Shown: piece by piece, positions 28,390 to 36,534 of the stretch
Position numbering within the stretch: the stretch's first letter is position 1
How the letters are laid out: each line of letters opens with the position of its first letter
Origin: Candidatus Burarchaeum sp.
Lineage (GTDB): Archaea; Micrarchaeota; Micrarchaeia; Burarchaeales; Burarchaeaceae
NCBI GenBank assembly: GCA_030646255.1
Contig: JAUSNF010000009.1
Coordinates: 1 to 47,931, forward strand
Direction of reading: 5' to 3'
Length of the DNA: 47,931 bases
Notes under the pieces: model-generated
What the model was told of the DNA's origin: nothing
What the model saw: only the letters and a program-made list of their open reading frames with translations
Databases searched by the model: none
Made by a program: the position numbers and the translations under genes

Positions 28390-28697
28390 AAATTGAGCAT
28401 GATGCGATGAAATGCGTTAAGTGCGGTGGATGGGCGAATCCAGCGAAGCTCAGACTCGACGGTGAGGCTGTGCGCGGCTGGAAATGCGCCTGCGGCGAGG
28501 ACTATATACATGGGGAGGATGCCGACAGGTTGCTGGTTGCGAACAAGGCGCGCAGGGGTCTGCTCAAAACTAAAGTATGCAAGGTTGGTAATTCCTACTC
28601 TATACGAATACCAAAGCCCATAGTTGATGCCCTGAAGCTGAAGGGAAAGACGCTCAGCATACTGCTCGAGCCAAAGCGCCTGGTGCTGGTAGAATGA
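28386..28697 (+). CDS. Putative antitoxin: zinc ribbon + AbrB/MazE domain
   Basis: CVKC...WKCACGE, then KVCKVGNSYSIRIPKPIVDALKL. Confidence 0.78.
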   Translation: MKIEHDAMKCVKCGGWANPAKLRLDGEAVRGWKCACGEDYIHGEDADRLLVANKARRGLLKTKVCKVGNSYSIRIPKPIVDALKLKGKTLSILLEPKRLVLVE

Positions 28698-28957
28698 TTA
28701 TCGATGCCGTTGTAAAGCCCAGCTCGCGCAAGTTCGAAGCCAAACTCGGGCAAGGCGAAGGCGGCAAGCCCCTCCTGCGCGTTTCCCTCACCGAGCCGGC
28801 CGAGAAGAACAAGGCCAATCTGGAGCTCCTCAAGGAGCTCTCGCGCCTGCTGGGCTGCGAGGTGAGGCTAGTTGCAGGCGCAAAGTCGAAGAAGAAAAAG
28901 CTCGAGCTGGCCATTGACGAGGCATCTTTTTACGCGAAGCTTCAAAACCATAAATAG
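28694..28957 (+). CDS. DUF167 (UPF0235/YggU) family protein
   Basis: VKPSS, VSLTEPAEKNKANLEL, LVAGAKSKKK. Confidence 0.88.
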   Translation: MIIDAVVKPSSRKFEAKLGQGEGGKPLLRVSLTEPAEKNKANLELLKELSRLLGCEVRLVAGAKSKKKKLELAIDEASFYAKLQNHK

Positions 28958-28983
28958 TGGGACTTGCGCGAGGAATGCGAACC

Positions 28984-28991
28984 TATAAATA
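28984..28991 (+). promoter_or_regulatory. TATA box of the his operon
   Basis: TATAAATA 24 nt upstream of ATG 29016. Confidence 0.6.
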
Positions 28992-29015
28992 GTGGGAAGG
29001 ACAGAAGGATAGAAT

Positions 29016-29259
29016 ATGAACGGCAGACTCGGGGCTCTCGAAGGGAGGGAGTTCCTTCATCAGGCTCGATTCAAAGGCGCGCCTAGTTCTGCCGCTGCTT
29101 CTGCGTGAGAGGCTCGGCATCGCGAAGGGCGGGCCAAAGGTTGTGGGGCTTAAGATTGTCAGCATAGCGGACGGGCTGGCAACAGTCACAGTCTCGAAAT
29201 CCGAAGGAGTAGCGGGAGCGCTGCCCATATCAAAAAACTCGAAAGAGGTGCGAACATGA
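29016..29259 (+). CDS. AbrB/MazE-like regulator, split by a +1 frameshift at CTT-CAT (29055-29060)
   Basis: ATG 29016 frame reads MNGRLGALEGREFL-H... (stop 29106-08); +1 frame reads IRLDSKARLVLPLLLRERLGIAKG...EVRT* (AbrB core) and has no ATG/GTG/TTG ahead of the core (in-frame TGA at 29017). Confidence 0.7.
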
Positions 29260-29342
29260 ACAAAAAACAGGCGTTGGCAAGGGATGTGCTTCATGCAGTC
29301 CGGCATATTTCCTACTTCCCTCACTTCTACGTCAATTCCTGA
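29256..29342 (+). CDS. His leader ORF / zero-frame N-terminus of frameshifted HisD (28 aa, 3 His)
   Basis: GAGGTG site; ATG overlapping the AbrB TGA; MNKKQALARDVLHAVRHISYFPHFYVNS*. Confidence 0.7.
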   Translation: MNKKQALARDVLHAVRHISYFPHFYVNS

Positions 29343-30594
29343 CTTTATCTCCCTTAGGCGCACAGAGGACAAGAACGCAAGGGAGACTGCGGCGCGGATA
29401 CTTTCAGACGTCCAGTCGCGCGGCTTTTCCGCCATAGCTGCCTACTCGCGGAAGTTCGACGCTTTTAACTTAACCAAGCAAAATTGCCTCATAACGCGTG
29501 AAGAATTTGACGAGGCTGCCTCGCGCGTTACCCCTGGGCAGCGGCAGGCAATGCGAAAGATGAAGGGCAGGTTGGAATCTTTTGCGCTGCTGCAGAAATC
29601 AAAGATGGACGACGTCTCGCAGAAAAGCAAAGACGGCACAACCACATTGAAATTCATGCCCGTGGAACGCGTTGGCATATATGTGCCTGCCGGCCGCGCA
29701 CCGCTATTCTCCTCGCTTTTCATGGCCGCCGTGCCTGCGTGCATAGCCGGCGTGCAAGACTTGGTGGTTTGCACCCCGCCACAAAAGGATGGCAAGGCAA
29801 ATCCATTCATTCTCGCAGCCGCCCGCATGTGCGGCATTGACAAAGTCTGCAAGCTCGGCGGCGTGCAGGCAATCGGCGCGATGGCTTTTGGTGTTGAAGG
29901 GCTTATCAGGCCAGTTGACGTCGTTTGTGGGCCAGGCAATGCTTACGTGAGCGCCGCAAAGCAGATTGTCGCATCTTCAGGTGTGAGAATTGACGTTCCT
30001 GCCGGCCCCTCTGAAGTTCTCGTGATTGCCGACCAATCCGCAAATCCTTCTTTCGTGGCCGCGGATATGCTTGCACAGGCAGAGCACGGAGCCGACAGCG
30101 CGGCAATCTGCATCTGCACATCCATGCGATTGGCCGAACGGGTTTCCCAAGAGCTCGCTGCACAGCTGGCATCTCTTCCTACGCAGAATCCGGCGCGCCA
30201 GTCGATACCAAAATGGGGCCGGATTTTCGTGGTACGGGACATTGACGTTGCGCTGGATGCGGCGAACGCGCTTGCGCCAGAGCACCTTGAGCTGATGGTT
30301 GCGGATGCCCTGAAGTGGCTGCCAAAAATCAAGAATGCAGGTGCGGTCTTCCTCGCGACTGGCGAGGCTTTCTGCGACTACGGGATGGGCTGCGGCAACC
30401 ACATACTCCCGACGAACTCGTCGGCAAGGGCCTGGGGAGGCGTAAGCGTGCAGACTTTCGGCAAGTGGATGTACGTCGAGTCTTTGAGCGCAGGGGCGCA
30501 GCAGAGGCTTGCATGCGTTTCGGCCCTTCTTGCAAGAATAGAGGGCTTGGAGGCGCACGCAAGAGCGGCGGAGAAAAGGGCAGGCGGTGATTAA
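29293..30594 (+). CDS. hisD: Histidinol dehydrogenase (may begin at 29256 via +1 frameshift)
   Basis: VGIYVPAG, GGVQAIGAMAFG, GPGNAYV, IDVPAGPSEV, DMLAQAEHG, APEHLEL, NHILPT. Confidence 0.95.
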   Translation: MQSGIFPTSLTSTSIPDFISLRRTEDKNARETAARILSDVQSRGFSAIAAYSRKFDAFNLTKQNCLITREEFDEAASRVTPGQRQAMRKMKGRLESFALLQKSKMDDVSQKSKDGTTTLKFMPVERVGIYVPAGRAPLFSSLFMAAVPACIAGVQDLVVCTPPQKDGKANPFILAAARMCGIDKVCKLGGVQAIGAMAFGVEGLIRPVDVVCGPGNAYVSAAKQIVASSGVRIDVPAGPSEVLVIADQSANPSFVAADMLAQAEHGADSAAICICTSMRLAERVSQELAAQLASLPTQNPARQSIPKWGRIFVVRDIDVALDAANALAPEHLELMVADALKWLPKIKNAGAVFLATGEAFCDYGMGCGNHILPTNSSARAWGGVSVQTFGKWMYVESLSAGAQQRLACVSALLARIEGLEAHARAAEKRAGGD

Positions 30595-30595
30595 T

Positions 30596-32338
30596 ATGGT
30601 TTCATGGGATGCAAAAAAAGCGGCAAGGAAGGATATAGTCGAGCTTGCGCCATACGTCTGCGCGAGGGACATCTGCAAAAGCGCAGACGTTTTCCTTGAC
30701 GCAAATGAAAGCCCTTACGGTGATGGCGGGCTCAACCGCTATCCAGATTCAGACCAGCTGGAGCTACGCAAGGAACTTGCAAACTATGTTGGCAAGGGCG
30801 TGGAACTGCAAAACGTCCTTGCAGGCAATGGCTCGGATGAGATAATCGACATGGCCATCCGGACTTTTGCAGGGAAGGGCTGCAACGTGCTCTGCGCCTA
30901 TCCTGATTATTCCATGTATGCGATAGCTGCAGCCATAAACGGCGTGGAGGCAAGGCAGGCGGAGCTTGGCAAAGGCTTCGCGCTTCGCGCAGACAAGTTT
31001 CTCGCGCGCGCAGATGCGCGCACGAAAATAATTTTCCTCTCCTCGCCGAACAGCCCTACCGGGCGGGAGCAGCCGCTTGCGGAGATTGAAAAACTGGCAG
31101 CCAGCACGCAGGCACTGGTTTTTGTAGATGAGGCGTATTTCGAATTTTCAGGCAAAAGTGCAGCGTCGCTAATCAAAAAATACAAGAACATACTTGTCAG
31201 CCGCACGTTCTCCAAGGCCTGGGGCCTTGCGGGAATCCGACTTGGCTATGCCGTTTCGTCCCCGGAAGTGATTTCGCTTCTTAGAAAAGTCAAGATGCCT
31301 TACAACGTCTCGCGGCTCGCCGAGCGGGCTGCCCTTTCGGCCCTGAGGTTTGACAAAGCGAAGATGCGCATGAACGTACGGAAGATGCAGCGCGAGCGCC
31401 AGCGGCTTTCGGACGCGCTGTCGTGCCTCGGCTTCTCAGTTTTTCCATCAAGCACAAACTTCCTTCTCTGCCGTTGCCCGACAGGCACGAGCGCACCGAG
31501 ACTTCAGAAGCGCTTGATGGCCCAAGGCGTCATCATCCGCGATTTTTCTGCGAAACGCAGGCTTGAAAACTGCGTCAGGATAACCGTGGGCAAGCCAGCC
31601 GAGAATTCCCGCCTTCTTTCAGCCATGCGTAAGCTAGCCGGCCTGCAATTCGATGCAGTCATATTCGACATGGACGGCGTGCTCGTCGACGTCAGGCGCT
31701 CGTACCAGGTGGCAATAAGGAAAACGGCAAATGAACTGCTTGGCAAGGATGCGATTCGCGCATCTGATGTTGCTTCAATAAAGTCAAACCCCTGGTTCAA
31801 CGATGATTTTGACGCAACATTCCGCCTCGTAACCCTTGCGCGCGAGTGCAGGCTTTCTGCTGCAAAATGCGCAACAAGGGTAAGCGCGCGAGAGCGGAAC
31901 AGCAAGGAGTATGCGCGCGCAGTCGAAAAATTCCAGTCCCTGTACCTGGGCAGGCGGTTCACCGGGCTGATACGGAATGAAAAGCCGCTAATCTCCTTGG
32001 CAACACTTGAAAAGCTCAGGTCTGCGGGCCTGGCGCTTGGAATTGCGACAGGAAGGTCGAGGGCCGAAGCCCTTTTCGCAATCCGCAAGAACGGATGGTC
32101 CGAATACTTTTCAGCAGTGGTGTGCGCCGAGGACCGCGGCCGCAAAAAGCCGTTCCCCGACTCGCTCCTCCTGGCGAAGAAACTGCTCGGAGCAAAGAAT
32201 CCGATTTACGTGGGCGACAGCCCTGCGGATGCGCTGGCTGCAAGAAATGCCGGCATGCCGTCTGCAATGATTTGCGACCTTAGCGGAGATTTTGCACTTG
32301 CGAAGACGGACGCAATAGTTGGCGTGGTGATTGGATGA
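30596..32338 (+). CDS. hisC: Histidinol-phosphate aminotransferase fused to C-terminal HAD phosphatase
   Basis: LDANESP, NRYPD, GNGSDEII, VDEAYFEF, SRTFSKAWGLAGIRLGY; from about 31649 FDMDGVLVD, ATGR, KPFP, YVGDSPAD. Confidence 0.93.
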   Translation: MVSWDAKKAARKDIVELAPYVCARDICKSADVFLDANESPYGDGGLNRYPDSDQLELRKELANYVGKGVELQNVLAGNGSDEIIDMAIRTFAGKGCNVLCAYPDYSMYAIAAAINGVEARQAELGKGFALRADKFLARADARTKIIFLSSPNSPTGREQPLAEIEKLAASTQALVFVDEAYFEFSGKSAASLIKKYKNILVSRTFSKAWGLAGIRLGYAVSSPEVISLLRKVKMPYNVSRLAERAALSALRFDKAKMRMNVRKMQRERQRLSDALSCLGFSVFPSSTNFLLCRCPTGTSAPRLQKRLMAQGVIIRDFSAKRRLENCVRITVGKPAENSRLLSAMRKLAGLQFDAVIFDMDGVLVDVRRSYQVAIRKTANELLGKDAIRASDVASIKSNPWFNDDFDATFRLVTLARECRLSAAKCATRVSARERNSKEYARAVEKFQSLYLGRRFTGLIRNEKPLISLATLEKLRSAGLALGIATGRSRAEALFAIRKNGWSEYFSAVVCAEDRGRKKPFPDSLLLAKKLLGAKNPIYVGDSPADALAARNAGMPSAMICDLSGDFALAKTDAIVGVVIG

Positions 32339-32946
32339 AAACGAAAACAACGAAAATAGCACGGACAGCAAAAATCAAAAGAAAAACCGGCGAGACCGAC
32401 ATAGCGCTCGCGCTAACTCTGGACGGCAGCGGCAGGTCCGAAATCGCAACGGGCATCGGCTTTTTCGACCACATGCTCTGCTCGTTTGCAAAGCACGGCC
32501 TTTTCGACCTGGAGCTCTCGGCAAAGGGCGATTTGCAGGTCGACCAGCACCACTTGGTGGAGGACACTGGCATAGCGCTAGGCGAGGCATTCGCAGCAGC
32601 GCTTGGCGACAAGAAGGGCATAGCGCGCGCAGGCAGCTTTGCCTTCCCGATGGATGAAACTCTTTCGCTGGTGTCCGTGGATTTCGGCGGGAGGTCTTTG
32701 CTCACGTTCGACGCCAAATTCTCCCGCGGGTTCATCGGCCGCCTGCAGTCGGACCTCGTGCGGGAATTCTTCGCGGGCTTTGTGCAGGGTGCGCGCTGCA
32801 ATGTTTGCGTGCGGCTCCTGTACGAAGGCAATGACCACCACAAGTGCGAGGGAATATTCAAGGGCTTTGCCCGCGCGCTGGCGCAGGCTTGCGAAGTCAG
32901 GGCACGCGCAGGGGCTGCGGTGCCTTCGACAAAAGGGGTGATTTGA
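32335..32946 (+). CDS. hisB: Imidazoleglycerol-phosphate dehydratase
   Basis: RKTGETDI, GFFDHML, DQHHLVED, PMDE, NDHHKCE, PSTKG. Confidence 0.97.
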   Translation: MKTKTTKIARTAKIKRKTGETDIALALTLDGSGRSEIATGIGFFDHMLCSFAKHGLFDLELSAKGDLQVDQHHLVEDTGIALGEAFAAALGDKKGIARAGSFAFPMDETLSLVSVDFGGRSLLTFDAKFSRGFIGRLQSDLVREFFAGFVQGARCNVCVRLLYEGNDHHKCEGIFKGFARALAQACEVRARAGAAVPSTKGVI

Positions 32947-33806
32947 TGGAAGAAAAATTCAGATTGGTGATACCGAACAAGGGCGTGCTGTACGAGCCCA
33001 CGCTCCGGCTGCTCGAGTCCGCCGGCGTGAGCGTAGGCCGGAACGGCAACGGCGGCCTTTTCTCGAAGAGCAAGGACGGGAAGCTGTCAATACTCTTCGC
33101 GCGGGCGCAGGACGTGCCGCTCTACGTGGAAACCGGCGCCGCGGACGCAGGGATAACTGGGGAAGATATGGTGTATGAGAAAGGAAAGCGCGTGAAGGTA
33201 GTGTCCAATCTCGGCTACGGCAAGTGCCGCGTATCTATTGCCGTACCCAAATCATCTCGAATAACTTCGGTCTCGCAGCTCGCGGGCAAGCGCATAGCAA
33301 CAAAGCTTCCCAACATCGCGCGCGAGTATTTTGAAAAGGAGGGCTTGAAGGTCGAGCTGCTCGAGCTGGCCGGTGCAACCGAGCTGGCGCCAAACATTGG
33401 CCTCGCGGATGCGATAGTGGATCATGTGAGCACGGGTGCCACCCTCGAAGCCAACAACCTCAGGGAGCTCAGCACAATTTTGGAATCCGAGGCTTGCCTG
33501 ATATCGCGGCCGGAGGCTGCAAAAAAACCGGAATTGCAGGAGCTGCAAATCGCGTTCGAGGGCGTGCTCCGGGCCAAATCTTCGCGGTACCTCATGCTGA
33601 ATGCGGCCAGCGATGAAATACTGCGTAACGTTCTGTCGTGCCTGCCCTCAATGGAAAGCCCGACCGTGCTCAAGCTTGCCAGGGCGGGTGAGTATGCTGT
33701 GCACTCAGTAGTGAAGGCTGAGGAACTGGGCGTGCTAGTGCCCAAACTCAAGCGGGCAGGCGCAAAGGACATTCTGGTCCTCGCAATGGAGCGGGTGATA
33801 TTGTGA
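32946..33806 (+). CDS. hisG: ATP phosphoribosyltransferase (long form)
   Basis: IPNKG, RAQDVPLYV, GITGED, IATK, GATELAP..GLADAIVD..STGATL, C-terminal regulatory domain (ESPTV...GAKDILV). Confidence 0.96.
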   Translation: MEEKFRLVIPNKGVLYEPTLRLLESAGVSVGRNGNGGLFSKSKDGKLSILFARAQDVPLYVETGAADAGITGEDMVYEKGKRVKVVSNLGYGKCRVSIAVPKSSRITSVSQLAGKRIATKLPNIAREYFEKEGLKVELLELAGATELAPNIGLADAIVDHVSTGATLEANNLRELSTILESEACLISRPEAAKKPELQELQIAFEGVLRAKSSRYLMLNAASDEILRNVLSCLPSMESPTVLKLARAGEYAVHSVVKAEELGVLVPKLKRAGAKDILVLAMERVIL

Positions 33807-34393
33807 TAGGGCTAGTGGATTTCGGCAGCGGGAATTTCCGCAGCGTTTCGCTGGCTGTGCGCAGATGCGGAGACCGCGCAAAAGTGGTCCGCCGGGAGCG
33901 CGAGCTGCAGAAACTCAATGCACTCATCCTGCCGGGCGTGGGCTCTTTTGAGGTGTTGAAGGGCCAAGATGCGCTGGTGCGCGGCATACGGAAATTCGCG
34001 GCGAGCGGCAGGCCTGTACTTGGTATATGCCTGGGCATGCAAGCCCTGTTCGAGCGCAGCGAGGAATGCGCTGGCGTAAACGGCCTCTCGCTAATTCGGG
34101 GTGCAGTGAAAAAACTCAACGCTCCGCGCCTGCCGCAGATGGGCTGGAACCAGCTCCGCATAATCCGAAACTCGCAGTTGCTGGACGGGATTGCGGATGG
34201 CACCCATTTCTATTTCGCGAATTCCTACGCATGCTTTCCTGAGGAAGATGTCGTTTCGGCAGCATGCGATTATGACGGCGAGTTTGCGGCTGTCGTGGAA
34301 AAAGAAACTTTCTTCGGCGTGCAGTTCCACCCTGAGAAGAGCGGGGAGGCGGGATTGCGCGTGCTGAAGAATTTCGTTGAAATGTGCGGGTGA
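33803..34393 (+). CDS. hisH: Imidazole glycerol phosphate synthase glutaminase subunit
   Basis: DFGSGN, LPGVG, LGICLGMQ, PQMGWN, GVQFHPEKSG. Confidence 0.96.
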   Translation: MIGLVDFGSGNFRSVSLAVRRCGDRAKVVRRERELQKLNALILPGVGSFEVLKGQDALVRGIRKFAASGRPVLGICLGMQALFERSEECAGVNGLSLIRGAVKKLNAPRLPQMGWNQLRIIRNSQLLDGIADGTHFYFANSYACFPEEDVVSAACDYDGEFAAVVEKETFFGVQFHPEKSGEAGLRVLKNFVEMCG

Positions 34394-34397
34394 TGGG

Positions 34398-35111
34398 ATG
34401 CGATTGATAGGGGCATTAGACTTGTCAGATGGGATGTGCGTGCGCCTTGTGCGCGGAAGGCTAGCTACAGCTAAGGTTTACTATGCAAACCCGCTTGACG
34501 CGCTGGCGGCGCTTGAGAAAGCGGGCGCGGATTCCGTACATGTCATTGACCTTGACGCGGCCATCTTAGGGGAGCGGCGGAATGCAGGCGCAATCTTTGC
34601 AATTCTCAAGCAGGCCTCCCTGCCCGCGCAGGTTGGCGGCGGGATACGCTCTTTGGCCACTGCAAGGGAACTGCTAGATGCTGGCGCAGAGCGTGTGGTC
34701 GTTTCGAGCGCGCTCGCCGAAGACACCGGGCTTGTACGGACAATGTGCGAAGAGCTTGGAGGTAGGCGAATAGCCGCGGCCATAGATGACGATAAAGGCA
34801 GGACTATGACTCGGGGCTGGACTTCAAATGCAGACAGCAGCGCGGGCCATCTTGCCAGAAAGGCTGCTTCATTGGGCGTTTCCGAAATAATTTACACAGA
34901 CATCTCGCGGGACGGCTCGCTCGAAGGGCTGAATGAAGAAAATGCAAGAGCTTTCATACGCGGAAGTCCCCTGCCCGTTGTCTTGGCGGGAGGCGTGGCT
35001 TCAACAGCTGACGCACTCAGGGCAGAGCGCGCAGGCGCAGCGGGGCTCATAGTGGGCAAGGCATTCTACGAAGGAAAATTCAACTTCATGGAGGCGAGGC
35101 GATGCTTGTGA
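34398..35111 (+). CDS. hisA: ProFAR isomerase
   Basis: ALDLSDGMCVRLVRG, HVIDLDAA, QVGGGIRS, YTDISRDG, GLIVGKAFYEG. Confidence 0.95.
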   Translation: MRLIGALDLSDGMCVRLVRGRLATAKVYYANPLDALAALEKAGADSVHVIDLDAAILGERRNAGAIFAILKQASLPAQVGGGIRSLATARELLDAGAERVVVSSALAEDTGLVRTMCEELGGRRIAAAIDDDKGRTMTRGWTSNADSSAGHLARKAASLGVSEIIYTDISRDGSLEGLNEENARAFIRGSPLPVVLAGGVASTADALRAERAGAAGLIVGKAFYEGKFNFMEARRCL

Positions 35112-35869
35112 AACGTATAATTCCATGCCTCGACTGCACCTTCGTGCGCGGAAAGCCGCAGGTTGTGAAGGGCACGCAGTTCAGGCGCCTGAAATATGCT
35201 GGTGTACCTTGGGAACTAGCCGAGCAGTATTATGCAGCTGGCGCGGACGAAATAGTCTTGCTCGACATAAGCGCATCAAACGAGGGCAGAAAAACAATGG
35301 CCGACATTGTGCGCAGGACCACGGAAAATGTCTTCGTGCCCGTGTGCATCGGAGGCGGCATACGCTCAGTCAACGATTTTAGGCGCATGCTGAATGCTGG
35401 CGCGGACAAGTGCGCGATAAACACAAGTGCAATATTGAATCCTGCGCTCATACGCAATGCGTCAAAAATATTCGGCAGCAACTGCGTCGTGGTCTCGATA
35501 GATGCCAAGAAGTTCGGGCAGCGCTACGAATGCATGATTTACGGAGGCAGGAAAAGGGCGGGCCTGGATGCGATTGAATGGGCTAAAAAAGCCACTGAAC
35601 TGGGCGCAGGCGAAATACTTCTCACATCCGTGGATGCGGACGGCACAAGGGCAGGCTATGATTTGGAGCTCTTGCGCAAAGTATGCGATGCCGTGGATGT
35701 GCCCGTAATCGCAAGCGGCGGATGCGGCTCGCCCAAGGATATGCTGGCCGCATTGAAGCAGACCGACGCGAGCGCAGTTCTTGCGGCAGGCATCTTCCAC
35801 TACAAAAAATACTCGATTCGGCAAGTGAAAAAATATCTTGAAAAAAATGGCGTGGAGGTGAGGCTATGA
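35102..35869 (+). CDS. hisF: Imidazole glycerol phosphate synthase cyclase subunit
   Basis: MLVKRIIPCLD, VVKG, GADEIVLLDI, GAGEILLTSVDADGT, PVIASGG. Confidence 0.97.
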   Translation: MLVKRIIPCLDCTFVRGKPQVVKGTQFRRLKYAGVPWELAEQYYAAGADEIVLLDISASNEGRKTMADIVRRTTENVFVPVCIGGGIRSVNDFRRMLNAGADKCAINTSAILNPALIRNASKIFGSNCVVVSIDAKKFGQRYECMIYGGRKRAGLDAIEWAKKATELGAGEILLTSVDADGTRAGYDLELLRKVCDAVDVPVIASGGCGSPKDMLAALKQTDASAVLAAGIFHYKKYSIRQVKKYLEKNGVEVRL

Positions 35870-36498
35870 AACTGAACAAAAGGGCTGCCGTTGAATTTGC
35901 AAAAGGCATGGACTTCAAAAAGCAGGGCGGCCTCGTGCCCGCAATAGTGCGAACGCCGGAATGCGAGGTGCTGATGCTTGCCTACATGAACCAGGAAGCG
36001 CTGATGCGTACGCTCACCACTGGCAAAATGTGGTATTACAGCAGGAGCAGGCGCAGGCTTTGGAGGAAAGGAGAGGAAAGCGGCAACACGCAGAAGCTCC
36101 TTGCAGTCGCAAAGGACTGCGATTGCGATTCGCTTCTCTTTACAGTTGAGCAGAAAGGGCCTGCGTGCCACACGGGAAACAAAACCTGCTTTTTTCCAAC
36201 CAACTCCACGCCGGAGCCTTTCTCGCTAGCCGAGCTCTTCTCGCTAATCGAGGAAAGGAAAAAATCCGGAGACAAAAAATCCTATACGCGCAGGCTTTTG
36301 GACGACAAAAACCTCCTCTCATCAAAAATCTACGAGGAGAGTGCCGAGCTTGTCGAGGCATCCAGGAAAAAGGAAAAGAAGGAAGTCGTGTGGGAGGCCG
36401 CAGATTTGCTGTACCACATGTTCGTGCTGCTGGCCTCGAAAAATGTTTGCCTTGGCGACATCGAGCGGGAGCTGGCGAGAAGGCGGAAAGAGAAGTAG
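35866..36498 (+). CDS. hisIE: Bifunctional PR-AMP cyclohydrolase / PR-ATP pyrophosphatase
   Basis: YSRSRRRLWRKGEESGN, DCDCD, ACHTG..TCF; SYT, KIYEESAE, WEAADLLYH. Confidence 0.96.
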   Translation: MKLNKRAAVEFAKGMDFKKQGGLVPAIVRTPECEVLMLAYMNQEALMRTLTTGKMWYYSRSRRRLWRKGEESGNTQKLLAVAKDCDCDSLLFTVEQKGPACHTGNKTCFFPTNSTPEPFSLAELFSLIEERKKSGDKKSYTRRLLDDKNLLSSKIYEESAELVEASRKKEKKEVVWEAADLLYHMFVLLASKNVCLGDIERELARRRKEK

Positions 36499-36534
36499 GA
36501 TAAAAAACTTGCCTACGAACCTCCATCGGTAATC

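Noticed and set aside
29259-29270. AAAAAAC as a -1 slippery site in the leader
   Set aside because: The heptamer is out of phase with the leader codons, and the -1 frame does not encode HisD.
29256-29400. Classical His attenuator (leader peptide plus terminator)
   Set aside because: Only three scattered His codons, no terminator hairpin with a U-tract seen, and the leader overlaps the hisD frame; the frameshift model fits better.
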